From NCBI GenBank assembly GCA_050246315.1, contig JBFWWG010000012.1:1-64000 (forward strand): DNA of 64,000 nucleotides. Reading direction: 5' to 3'. The position numbers were made by a program, and so were the translations under genes. How positions within the stretch are numbered: the stretch's first letter is position 1; every line of letters begins with the position of its first letter. Below are positions 41,881-51,267 of the stretch, in pieces. A model generated the notes under the pieces. That model did not search any database and was not told where the DNA came from. It worked only from the letters and a program-made list of their open reading frames with translations. Origin of the DNA: Nitrospiraceae bacterium. GTDB lineage: Bacteria; Nitrospirota; Nitrospiria; Nitrospirales; Nitrospiraceae.

Positions 41881-43244
41881 CACGTCCCTCGTCCGTTCTC
41901 GTGCTTGGCGCCGGCCCGGCCGGATTGGCCGCCGCGTTTCGCCTGAGCCAGCAGGGTCACTCCGTGACCCTGCTCGAAGAGCGTGATCGACTGGGCGGCG
42001 GCCTCGTGGCTTCGGCTGAGGACCAGGGCCTGGTCGACGCGATCCCCCCCGTCATCTTCGGCCACCAGACTGCGACCCTGCAGCTCCTTCAGGATCTCGG
42101 CACGCTCAAACATACCCAACTCCGAACCCCCGGCCAGATCGAGTTTCGAACAAGGGATCGCACGACCAGGCGGATGCGCAATCTCTGGCTGCCGGCGCCG
42201 TTTCACAGCATCCTTGGTCTCGCAGCGTCGCGCGGCCTCACGCTCCGGGATCTCTGGCGAGCGCTCGTCTTTCTGGAACGGACCTGGGAAGAAGACCCCG
42301 GCCTTCCATTGGATCTGGACAGCCGCCGAGCCGATCAATGGTTGACGGAAATCCGGCAGTCGGAGGAAGCCCAGGTCAATGTGTGGGCCCCGCTCTCCCG
42401 TTTCCTGCTGAGCAGCGAATTGTCCTCGGCCTCCGCCGGTCTGCTTGTCGAAATGCTCCGTCGCAGCTTCCTGACCACCCGAGCCAACTCACGTGTCGGC
42501 ATCCCCGACCACGACTGGTCCGGCCTGTTCATGAAGCCGGCCGCGGAGCACTTTAAGAAGCGACAGGTGATCCTGCAAACCGGTGCGCGTTTCGACCAAA
42601 TTCACGTGAAGGGCAGCCGCGTTGCCGGCGTGCGCCTGAAAGACCGCCGGCTGCTGACCGCCGATTGGTACGTCGCCGCCATCCCGCCGCGACGGCTCTC
42701 CGACCTGTTGCCCGAGGGCGTCGTCACGCATTACGCGACTTTTCACCAACTCGGCAAACTCGCCGATGCCGTCGGCCTCACCGTCCATCTCTGGTTGGAG
42801 GCACCGAGCGGGACGCCTCGCCTGGCCCTGTTGGTCGGCCACACCTTCCACTGGCTCGTCATCCGGCGGACATCGGGCTCGAACACCGAGGCGCTGGTCT
42901 CGCTGGTCGCAACCGGACGGGCCGACTTGATGCACCATTCCGACCAGGCGCTGGCGGATTTCGCGTGGACAGACGTGAGGACGGCTCTCCCGGAAGCGAG
43001 CCAGGCGCGCCTGATCAAAGCACAGGTCATCAAGCGTGAGCGAGCCTGCCTGATGGCCAGACCCGGTTCTACCGCCTACCGACCTGTGACGGAATCGCCG
43101 TTTGCGAACTTGCTGCTGGCCGGCGGATGGACCGATACGGGCCTGCCGGATTCGGTGGAAGGGGCGATTCTCAGCGCCGACCGTTGCGCCCAGACCTTGA
43201 GCGCGAAGTGCAGCGCCGGTGAACGGAACCAACGCACGGCCTGA
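41877..43244 (+). CDS. hpnE: Hydroxysqualene dehydroxylase HpnE-like FAD oxidoreductase
   Basis: GAGPAGL Rossmann motif, LAG.WT.TGLP.S.EGA..S; ATGA overlap with hpnD. Confidence 0.8.
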   Translation: MTRPSSVLVLGAGPAGLAAAFRLSQQGHSVTLLEERDRLGGGLVASAEDQGLVDAIPPVIFGHQTATLQLLQDLGTLKHTQLRTPGQIEFRTRDRTTRRMRNLWLPAPFHSILGLAASRGLTLRDLWRALVFLERTWEEDPGLPLDLDSRRADQWLTEIRQSEEAQVNVWAPLSRFLLSSELSSASAGLLVEMLRRSFLTTRANSRVGIPDHDWSGLFMKPAAEHFKKRQVILQTGARFDQIHVKGSRVAGVRLKDRRLLTADWYVAAIPPRRLSDLLPEGVVTHYATFHQLGKLADAVGLTVHLWLEAPSGTPRLALLVGHTFHWLVIRRTSGSNTEALVSLVATGRADLMHHSDQALADFAWTDVRTALPEASQARLIKAQVIKRERACLMARPGSTAYRPVTESPFANLLLAGGWTDTGLPDSVEGAILSADRCAQTLSAKCSAGERNQRTA

Positions 43245-43260
43245 ATCGAAGGGACGGATC

Positions 43261-44418
43261 ATGGCACGAGCATGGAGTCAGCGCATTGCGGGCTTGGGAC
43301 AATCGGACATCCGGACCATGACGCAGGCCTGCGCGCAGATCAAGGGCATCAACATGGCGCAGGGCGTCTGCGACACAGGCGTGCCTCCGGCGGTATCTCA
43401 GGCCGTCCAACATGCGGTCGATCTCGGCTATAACATCTATACCAGGTTCGATGGGTTGCCTCAGTTGCGTCAGGCTCTGGCCCGCAAGACGGCTCAGTAC
43501 AACGGCTTCACTCCGGACCCCGAGACGGAGATCACGGTCTCGGCGGGCGCAACCGGTGCGTTCCATTGCGCCTGCATGGCCCTGTTCGATCCCGGTGACG
43601 AAGTCATCGTGTTCGAACCCTACTATGCCTATCACCTACATGCCCTGGCATCGGTCGATGCGGTCCCGCGCATCGTCCCCACGGTTCCGCCAGACTGGGC
43701 CTTCGACCTCCGATCGCTGGAGCAGACGGTCACCGCTCGCACCAAGGCCATCGTGGTCAATACGCCGTCAAATCCCTCGGGCAAGGTCTTCAGCCGGGCC
43801 GAGCTGGAACAGATCGCTCGGATTGCCGTGGAACGAGACCTCTTCGTCATCACCGACGAGATCTATGAGTACTTCCTGTACGACGGCCGGTCCCATGTGA
43901 GCCTGGCCTCCCTACCGGGCATGGCCGAACGGACGGTCACCATCTCAGGCTATTCGAAAACCTTTGCAATCACGGGCTGGCGAATCGGCCATACCATCGC
44001 CGCGCCGAGTTGGGCCCAAGCCATCGGGGCGATGAACGATCTGCTCTACGTCTGCGCGCCGGCGCCGCTGCAACATGCAGTAGCCACGGGCATCAACGAG
44101 CTGCCGGCGGAGTTCTATGCTGCGCTCGCGACCGACTATCAGGCCAAACGCGATCGGTTCTGCGACGCCTTGAAACGGGCCGGTCTGACCCCGTCGGTCC
44201 CGCAGGGAGCCTATTACGTGTTGGCGGATGTCTCGCGACTACCGGGCAAGACGGGAAAGGAGCGGGCCATGTATGTCTTGGAGCGATGCGGCGTGGCCGG
44301 CGTGCCGGGTGAAGCCTTCTTTCAAGGCAAGACCGGCCACCGGTTTATCCGGTTCTGCTACGCCAAGACCGAGAACGACCTCGCCGAGGCCTGCGATCGG
44401 TTGGCCCGCCTTGGCTGA
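43261..44418 (+). CDS. PLP-dependent aminotransferase class I/II
   Basis: NTPSNPSG, TDEIYE, SKTFAITGWRIG. Confidence 0.95.
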   Translation: MARAWSQRIAGLGQSDIRTMTQACAQIKGINMAQGVCDTGVPPAVSQAVQHAVDLGYNIYTRFDGLPQLRQALARKTAQYNGFTPDPETEITVSAGATGAFHCACMALFDPGDEVIVFEPYYAYHLHALASVDAVPRIVPTVPPDWAFDLRSLEQTVTARTKAIVVNTPSNPSGKVFSRAELEQIARIAVERDLFVITDEIYEYFLYDGRSHVSLASLPGMAERTVTISGYSKTFAITGWRIGHTIAAPSWAQAIGAMNDLLYVCAPAPLQHAVATGINELPAEFYAALATDYQAKRDRFCDALKRAGLTPSVPQGAYYVLADVSRLPGKTGKERAMYVLERCGVAGVPGEAFFQGKTGHRFIRFCYAKTENDLAEACDRLARLG

Positions 44419-44680
44419 GCGACCCGGCCGGCATTTGGACGATTCTGCACGAATGCCGTGTGATTCTCTCAACAGACTGTTTCGTTTGCGGGACGCCGGT
44501 CCGATCACCCTGCAACATCGTCTCCCCGCGCTCACGCCTCTCGCCGTCCCATCATGCTCTCGTTTTATTTCGCGAATCTGATGACTCGGTCCCAGCCTCC
44601 ATCGAACGACCCTCTTGGAGAGACCGAGCGGCACAGGCCTTGCTGGATCATGAACCGCCCTTCAAGAAGGGAGGCCGCCC

Positions 44681-44845
44681 ATGATGTGGACGTGGTGGTA
44701 TGTGCTGCTGCTCCTCTTCCCCTCTGCGATTCTCGTGATTCTGATGATGGACGCGATGAAGTCCCTACAGGGCGCTGCGCGTTCGAAGACCGGGACGGTA
44801 TCAGGCAAGAATCGGATCGACGCGGACGGCTCCCGCCGCGGCTAG
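44681..44845 (+). CDS. Small single-pass membrane protein (54 aa, not in ORF track)
   Basis: GGGAGG RBS; MMWTWWYVLLLLFPSAILVILMMDAMKS...; stop overlaps the convergent gene's stop. Confidence 0.55.
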   Translation: MMWTWWYVLLLLFPSAILVILMMDAMKSLQGAARSKTGTVSGKNRIDADGSRRG

Positions 44846-45486
44846 CGGTTTGAGGACTGCCTCCTTCGCAGATAGCATAGGTCTCGAAACGCATCACCGG
44901 CTTGATAAGTTGCGATCACCACATCATCATAGGGCGGCGAAGTGAGGCCTACGTACGTCCGCCCATCCACCTCGAACGGCTCGATCGTAAACAGCGTGTG
45001 CAAGGCCGCAGAGGCGCCGCCGCCTGCTCCCTCCGACAACGGATAGACGCCGCCCGTCCGCTCGAACTTGTCCGGGGTGGCGTGAAGAGGCGTCAGGTCC
45101 TGCCAGGTCGCCTCTTGCAACACCGGACTGTCTTCAGGAAACACGTACAGACTGTCGCTCGGTTTCCCCTTCATGCAGAAACGAGCGCGGATGACCAGGT
45201 CCCGACGCCCGTCGTTGTTCAGATCGACCAGCGCCTGCTGCAATTCGGAACAGACGGTGGTCTTGGGCGCCTCCCCTCCCAATTGAACCGGCTCCCAGAT
45301 CACGGGATGAATCCGATCGTCCTCCGGCCTGAAGACCCTCGATGGAGAGGCCCCCACCTCAAGCGCCTCCGCCGCCTGCCGGCACAATTGCTCGTCTCCT
45401 CCCATCAGCACATCGTACCCGGCGGCCCAAGCCACGCCGGCGGATAAGAGAATCAAGAGGCCGATCAGTCGGATTCGATCCATCAT
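44842..45486 (-). CDS. Hypothetical secreted protein
   Basis: Signal peptide ending AWA; DLNNDG..D Ca-loop motif; paired Cys. Confidence 0.75.
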   Translation of the reverse strand: MMDRIRLIGLLILLSAGVAWAAGYDVLMGGDEQLCRQAAEALEVGASPSRVFRPEDDRIHPVIWEPVQLGGEAPKTTVCSELQQALVDLNNDGRRDLVIRARFCMKGKPSDSLYVFPEDSPVLQEATWQDLTPLHATPDKFERTGGVYPLSEGAGGGASAALHTLFTIEPFEVDGRTYVGLTSPPYDDVVIATYQAGDAFRDLCYLRRRQSSNR

Positions 45487-45501
45487 GCGCTCACGCCGGC
45501 G

Positions 45502-45972
45502 TCACTCTTGGTTCAGATAGAGCGGACGCGGTCTCCTCTCCTGCTCGGGTCGCGAAGGACCGGCCGGCTCACGAAGGGTCTCGATGACCTGTTCTTCCAT
45601 CTGTTCGTTATAGCGATCCACCTGTTTGTGAAGCGTGACGAGATCCACGAACCACCAGCCGATCAGCATCAGCCCGCCGCAGATCGCCGCGCCGCGGAAC
45701 ACCAGACTCCAACTCTCGTCCATCACCCAGGACCACAGAAATCCCACGAAGAACCCGACCGTTCCCACCGTGAAAGCCAGGAGATAGCCGACCGCCTTCC
45801 GGGGCCGTTCCAAGTAAAAGTGGTGCACCCCGCACCAACCGAGCACCAACCACAGGGCATAGGCCGTCAGGGCGGACTTGTGAAGCCGCACCATCTCACT
45901 GTTCAGCACCTCAAGTTGATGGGCCGATAGCGTGGTCTTCAGTTCCACCAGGTGGGATCGGTAGCGCATCAT
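45502..45972 (-). CDS. TM2-domain membrane protein
   Basis: KS...AY.LW..LG..G.H.FYL...WW.VDL. Confidence 0.88.
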   Translation of the reverse strand: MMRYRSHLVELKTTLSAHQLEVLNSEMVRLHKSALTAYALWLVLGWCGVHHFYLERPRKAVGYLLAFTVGTVGFFVGFLWSWVMDESWSLVFRGAAICGGLMLIGWWFVDLVTLHKQVDRYNEQMEEQVIETLREPAGPSRPEQERRPRPLYLNQE

Positions 45973-46106
45973 TGCACGATCTTGTCAGGCCGGCTTCTCG
46001 AACGACACAAGCCCAGCTCCTGATCAGTCTACACCGACTCGCCTCCGTTGGGCACGCGAACCACCTTCCAATGTTTGATATGATGAATTCGGCAGGCGGG
46101 AGTTCC

Positions 46107-46835
46107 ATGGGCGTATCTTCAGCCAGGGCGGCCGAGCCCCCTTGTCAGACGCCTCAGCGGCGCAGGGCGGCGCTGGAGTTGCTGGTCGTAGGTGCCCTGA
46201 CGAGCGGCTTCCTCGCGCTGTTTCCACGCCGACCCATTGTCGTCGATCTCGGCCTCGCCCTCCTCGCAGCAGGTCTTGTGCTCCTCAACGCCAGCTCCAT
46301 CAAGGCTCAGTTTTGGGGACCGCGCCCGGTGGCCATCGGTGGCGCAGCCCGGCAGCACGGCGTGGTGATCACCCTGGCCCTGACAATCCTTGTGATTCTC
46401 GGATTGGTATTCGTCGGAGCCGTGATCGGCTATCGAGGCGCCGATTGGCCCGGCGTGAGGGCCCGGCTCCTCCATCCCTACATCCCCACCGCCATCCTGT
46501 TGTACCTGCCCTGGGCCTGGCTCCAGCAGACGCTCTTCCAGTTCTACCTCCTCGGCCGCGTGCGCATGCTCTGCCCATCGCTCCATCCGGTCGCGCTATC
46601 CGCGGTGAACGGGCTGCTCTTCGGTCTGGTTCACGCCACCGACATCGAAATCATGCTCTCGGCGGCGCTGGGAGGCACCCTTTGGAGCTGGTTGTACCTT
46701 CGCGACCGCCGGCTCTGGCCGCTGGCGCTCTCACATGCCCTCGTGGGCACCACGTTTTACTACTGGGTGTATGGCTACGATCTCGCGAGCCGCTGGAGCG
46801 CCTTCCTTCGCGGCTTGTGGAGCGCTCCCGTATGA
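46107..46835 (+). CDS. CPBP (CAAX/Abi) family intramembrane protein
   Basis: Multi-TM; LFGLVH...LYLR.R.LWPLALSHA; the EE..xR motif appears as QQ..FQ. Confidence 0.75.
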   Translation: MGVSSARAAEPPCQTPQRRRAALELLVVGALTSGFLALFPRRPIVVDLGLALLAAGLVLLNASSIKAQFWGPRPVAIGGAARQHGVVITLALTILVILGLVFVGAVIGYRGADWPGVRARLLHPYIPTAILLYLPWAWLQQTLFQFYLLGRVRMLCPSLHPVALSAVNGLLFGLVHATDIEIMLSAALGGTLWSWLYLRDRRLWPLALSHALVGTTFYYWVYGYDLASRWSAFLRGLWSAPV

Positions 46836-46978
46836 TTCCAGACCACGGCTCCGACCATGGCCCGTTGCAACCGCAACGCAGCGGGGGAGATGCTACGACC
46901 CGCCACGAATCCTACGCACGAGCCGGCGAACCGGCGAGCATTCTTGTGTGGTGTGCCGCTGGGCTGAGCTCTCGGGAT

Positions 46979-47117
46979 CTAGCAGGATGCGGCCAACCCC
47001 TCCGTTCGTCCTTCGAGAGCCTCAGGACGAACGGAGCAGTTTTTGAAGAGACCGGCGTTTTTCGATCGTGCTGAGCCAGTCGAAGCACACACATCGCGTT
47101 TTTTCGCAGCCTGCTAG
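46979..47117. repeat. Palindromic REP/MITE-like element at the left island border
   Basis: CTAGCAGG...CCTGCTAG ends enclosing CCGTTCGTCCTTCGAGAGCCTCAGGACGAACGG...TCGTGCTGAGCCAGTCGAAGCA. Confidence 0.7.
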
Positions 47118-47118
47118 T

Positions 47119-47919
47119 TCATGCGGACTGCGCAGACCGGCAATGTCGGGCGAGAGCATGCGAAGCTGCCTCGATGAGGGGCCGAGACAGAACGGAAGGC
47201 TCGTGTTGGAGAAAATGGGAGACGGCTTTCGGATTGAGGACCCAGACATCGTCCTTACTGTGATGCCCTGTCCGTTCGACATACCATTCAGGGAACACCA
47301 CAATCGGTCGGACATGAAACACCGCGCTCCGCCCGTCATTGAGAAAGTCGGACAGCCAGCTTGCCTGTGCGTGCGCCTGCCGTAACGGTTTCTCGAGGAC
47401 TTGATTCTGTCCGATCCGAATGGTCTGACCATCGTAGACGATTTTCGCGCAGCCCCCGATCGGCTTGGTTCTCGTTTTCGTCTCGATTGCGAAAATGCCG
47501 GCAGGCCCGACAATCACATGATCGATATTGAACCCCGGACCAGGAACGTCGTGGAACACTCGATAGCCTCCTTCCCGCAACTGTTCGAGGGTCTGCCCCA
47601 CTGAACGTTCCCCATCTCGACCTGTACGAAGATTCTTCATGGTCGTCCTCAAAGGCACGATCCTTCTCCAGGCATAGCCGATGGCGATGATCGCGATGAT
47701 CGTCAGCACGACAGGGTTGAGTGGTCGCCCCGTCCACTGTTGAATCCACCCGAAACATGCCGCGACAATGCAACACATTGCCATGATCAAATGCTCGACT
47801 ATTTTCTCCTGCAAGAATCCGATGCGCTCATCGATGGATTGGCCGGGGAGTCGAAGGGGCGTCTCCTTGAGTGGTGAACGCCGGGCTGATTGTTTGTGAT
47901 CCCAGTCGATATCAGACAT
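47119..47919 (-). CDS. NERD-domain nuclease-like membrane protein
   Basis: Two TMs, then G..GE..V...L...GY.VFHD...NIDHVIVGP.GIFAIETK...QA..QA. Confidence 0.9.
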   Translation of the reverse strand: MSDIDWDHKQSARRSPLKETPLRLPGQSIDERIGFLQEKIVEHLIMAMCCIVAACFGWIQQWTGRPLNPVVLTIIAIIAIGYAWRRIVPLRTTMKNLRTGRDGERSVGQTLEQLREGGYRVFHDVPGPGFNIDHVIVGPAGIFAIETKTRTKPIGGCAKIVYDGQTIRIGQNQVLEKPLRQAHAQASWLSDFLNDGRSAVFHVRPIVVFPEWYVERTGHHSKDDVWVLNPKAVSHFLQHEPSVLSRPLIEAASHALARHCRSAQSA

Positions 47920-48185
47920 AGCGGCTCCGTCCTAGTCGCTCCTAAAACCGGATCATCCTATATCCGAGTGAACGCTCGTCATAGGAATTGGTGAATTCCA
48001 GGCAGAGCGGGGTGAAAGACCGGATTAGGCAGCAAGCGCTTGACAGGGACGAGTCCTACCGGAAATCCTCCGTCGTGCGTGACAGCATCAGGCGCTTTCC
48101 TTTCCATACTTTCCTTGTCGGCGGGAGCGACGGAACCATTCCGTTGTCAAAGCACGGCATGGTGTTGTCTGCGCGGGCGTGCGGC

Positions 48186-48238
48186 TTGCCTCTTCACACC
48201 TAATCGGTTACAGTGTTATTTGATATCACGATTTGATA
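48186..48238 (+). promoter_or_regulatory. mazEF promoter and probable autoregulatory operator
   Basis: TTGCCT-17-TACAGT followed by ATTTGATA direct repeats (48218, 48231) and a TGATATCA palindrome. Confidence 0.55.
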
Positions 48239-48254
48239 GCATGTGGAGGGATCG

Positions 48255-48491
48255 ATGAGCACCATTACCGTGACGTTGCCTGATGACCTGCTCGAACGCT
48301 CTACTCGTTATGCCCATTCGCTGCGAGTGTCGAGAGCGGCGTACATCCGGCAATCATTGGAGCGCATGAACCGGGAAACCGAACGGCGTTTGCGAGCCGA
48401 TCGCCTCATCCACGCCTCGCGCAAGGTTCGCGACGAAAGCATGCGCGTCAATGCGGAGTTCGATACCATCGAAACCGATCCACATGCGTAA
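48255..48491 (+). CDS. CopG/RHH antitoxin
   Basis: MSTITVTLPDDLL...A....VSRAAYIR.SL; GGAGG RBS; overlaps the toxin start. Confidence 0.85.
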   Translation: MSTITVTLPDDLLERSTRYAHSLRVSRAAYIRQSLERMNRETERRLRADRLIHASRKVRDESMRVNAEFDTIETDPHA

Positions 48492-48828
48492 GCGCGGCGA
48501 GATTTGGCTCGCCGACCTGAATTCCCGGCGTGGGACGGAGCCCGGCAAGACCAGGCCCGTGCTCATCGTCCAAGCTCAAGCGTTGCTCGACGCCGGACAC
48601 CCCTCCACACTGATCATTCCTCTCACCACCCAGCTCGTCGACGACGCAGAGCCTCTTCGGCTTCGCGTTCAGGCACAAGGCAAACTGCGTAAAGACTCCG
48701 ATCTGCTCGTGGACCAACTCCGTGCGATCGACAACCACCGACTGATCGAAGGCCCCCTGACTCGTCTCACCACCGCACAACTCCGCCCCATCGCCCGCGC
48801 CATAGAGGATGTTTTGGAGCTGCGCTGA
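48484..48828 (+). CDS. mazF: MazF/PemK endoribonuclease toxin
   Basis: KRGEIWLADL...GTEPGKTRPVLIVQ...IIPLTT...DQLRAID..RL. Confidence 0.93.
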   Translation: MRKRGEIWLADLNSRRGTEPGKTRPVLIVQAQALLDAGHPSTLIIPLTTQLVDDAEPLRLRVQAQGKLRKDSDLLVDQLRAIDNHRLIEGPLTRLTTAQLRPIARAIEDVLELR

Positions 48829-49103
48829 GCAGAGTCTCACCTCGTCTCATTCCATCACGCCGTCGTCGACCGCATCGAGGACCTGCCCCGCCTCGTGATC
48901 AACGCTGGCACACTCAACCGGATTCCGCACGGCGCCGAGATTTCCGCTGAACAATTCATCGACCTGCGCTGAAAGACTTGCTCCCTATTTCCCGAGCACG
49001 TCCGCATGAACAAACCAGTGCTCTTCCCCGATCCCTCGCGCCCCCTGTCTCCCTGTTTCACCGTCCGGCGCCGCTGCACAGCGGGCTACGCAGTTGCGCG
49101 CGT

Positions 49104-50752
49104 CCTTCAATGTAGATGGGGCATTGCTGCCGTGGAATCGCCGGCCCGGTCTGCCACCAGTTCGAGGCGGAGGAGCCGCTTCAATGGGGCCACGGCATTG
49201 CTGCCGTGGAATCTCGAACGCCTTGCACAGGGCGTGTTACCGCTCTAGGCGCTTCAATGGGGCCACGGCATTGCTGCCGTGGAATCCCTTTTTTCGTTTT
49301 CCCCAGCCAAGGCATGCGAAGATCTTGGCTTCAATGGGGCCACGGCATTGCTGCCGTGGAATCCTCAACGGCGGGACCGCCGGTGACGGTAAAAAGCTGC
49401 TGGCTTCAATGGGGCCACGGCATTGCTGCCGTGGAATCCCAACTTGGCAACTGCTGGCGTCGCGAGTGTGCTCACGCGCTTCAATGGGGCCACGGCATTG
49501 CTGCCGTGGAATCGGCCCGCCGCGATGGGAAGTGACGAACGGTTATTGCTGCTTCAATGGGGCCACGGCATTGCTGCCGTGGAATCCACGGCCTGGTCGA
49601 TGATGGGCGCGAGCGGCCTACTGGCTTCAATGGGGCCACGGCATTGCTGCCGTGGAATCTTCGGACCGTGAGTCCCTGAAGTCGTTGATTGACCTGCTTC
49701 AATGGGGCCACGGCATTGCTGCCGTGGAATCCGTGCTGGATACCCCTGACCTCGCCCGACTCGTCACCGCTTCAATGGGGCCACGGCATTGCTGCCGTGG
49801 AATCTGGCGGCGACGACCGAAGCGCCACCTCCGCGCATTCGGTAGCTTCAATGGGGCCACGGCATTGCTGCCGTGGAATCAGTATCAATGTGGAACTACC
49901 CGAAACATAAGCTCTCCGCTTCAATGGGGCCACGGCATTGCTGCCGTGGAATCGCGCAACGAATTGGCCGAAGAGATCGAGGAGCTAGAGCTTCAATGGG
50001 GCCACGGCATTGCTGCCGTGGAATCCGCGCAACGTCACCGCATCGTTCTTGCGGATATACGCGCTTCAATGGGGCCACGGCATTGCTGCCGTGGAATCCG
50101 AAGATATGGGCCAGTCAATTAAAGCAATGCGTTGGCTTCAATGGGGCCACGGCATTGCTGCCGTGGAATCCCGCACATTGACGGCGCGTGCGGGATGTCG
50201 AGTGTCGCTTCAATGGGGCCACGGCATTGCTGCCGTGGAATCGTTTTTGTCCATGCCATACGACACTCCTTCTCAACAGCTTCAATGGGGCCACGGCATT
50301 GCTGCCGTGGAATCTGGTTTCATGTGAACCATTCATCGACGCCTACGTAATATGCTTCAATGGGGCCACGGCATTGCTGCCGTGGAATCTCCGGTCAAGG
50401 TGATCGGCGCCCCCGTACTCCCGGCGCTTCAATGGGGCCACGGCATTGCTGCCGTGGAATCCGGATTCCGCGGCGCTGCTGTGGGTCGTGGTCTCTTCGC
50501 TTCAATGGGGCCACGGCATTGCTGCCGTGGAATCCTTGGCCGATGCGATGGAGATCCGCGGCGCCGAATCGGCTTCAATGGGGCCACGGCATTGCTGCCG
50601 TGGAATCAAACCCTTTCTCAAAGTCTTTGCCTAAGACTTTGCCGCTTCAATGGGGCCACGGCATTGCTGCCGTGGAATCACCCGCTCTTCACCGATGCGA
50701 CGGATTGGTATCTGTTGCTTCAATGGGGCCACGGCATTGCTGCCGTGGAATC
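49104..50752 (-). CRISPR. Type I-G CRISPR array: 23 repeats of 36 nt, 22 spacers of 36-41 nt
   Basis: 22 exact copies of GCTTCAATGGGGCCACGGCATTGCTGCCGTGGAATC (49178 to 50752) plus a degenerate copy at 49104-49139. The minus-strand repeat has a CCACGGCA/TGCCGTGG stem and an ATTGAAGC end. The degenerate copy is distal from cas2, which supports minus-strand orientation. Confidence 0.99.
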
Positions 50753-50971
50753 AGCTCACATACAAGTGAGCGGTCAGCCTGAGCTTCTGCCGCACATCGC
50801 GAGCGCTTGCCTCCTCTCGCCAACACCACCCTGTCATTGTGGTCCTTCACCTCCTTCCGTAGCCCGTTGTTGTTCGTTAAAGCCTGGTATGGCTCGTTGT
50901 TGTCCACGAGCGCTTCCCGGCCTCCGAGCCACCATTCGACCGCTCGCGTGGGATGCGGCTGCGATGCCCCC
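50753..50971 (-). promoter_or_regulatory. CRISPR leader
   Basis: Non-coding gap between the cas2 stop and the first perfect repeat; contains the direct repeat CGAGCGCTT (50800, 50907). Confidence 0.8.
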
Positions 50972-51262
50972 TCACACCACACGCGCCCGTCGTTCCTCCA
51001 CCTCCACCCGAAGGCCGAGTGCTTCGAACCGCTTAATCGGCCGGCTCTCCGTCGGACCCAGATCGATGATCAGGACTTGATCCTCGGTCTGGTGGATGAT
51101 CTCCGTCAGCGCGGCCTTCATGCGGACCACATCGATGTCGGGAAGATCGCATTGAAAGACCGAAAGCTGCAAATGGACGCCATAGCCCTTCATGGTCTTG
51201 AACACGCGCCGGAGTCGCTTCGGATCGGCAATATCATACGTGACCAGATAGCACCGGCGCAT
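50972..51262 (-). CDS. cas2: Cas2
   Basis: 96 aa; [16 protein letters not shown]...G.HLQLSVF.C...DQVLIIDLG. The true start is internal to the tracked ORF. Confidence 0.97.
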   Translation of the reverse strand: MRRCYLVTYDIADPKRLRRVFKTMKGYGVHLQLSVFQCDLPDIDVVRMKAALTEIIHQTEDQVLIIDLGPTESRPIKRFEALGLRVEVEERRARVV

Positions 51263-51267
51263 GGCAG

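Noticed and set aside
40066..41883. 605-aa minus-strand ORF
   Set aside because: Antisense shadow of the BtuF-like and hpnD genes; no motifs.
49006..51080. Many ORFs with repeating LQWGHGIAAVES / MGPRHCCRGI / FNGATALLPWN peptides
   Set aside because: They are translations of the CRISPR repeat.
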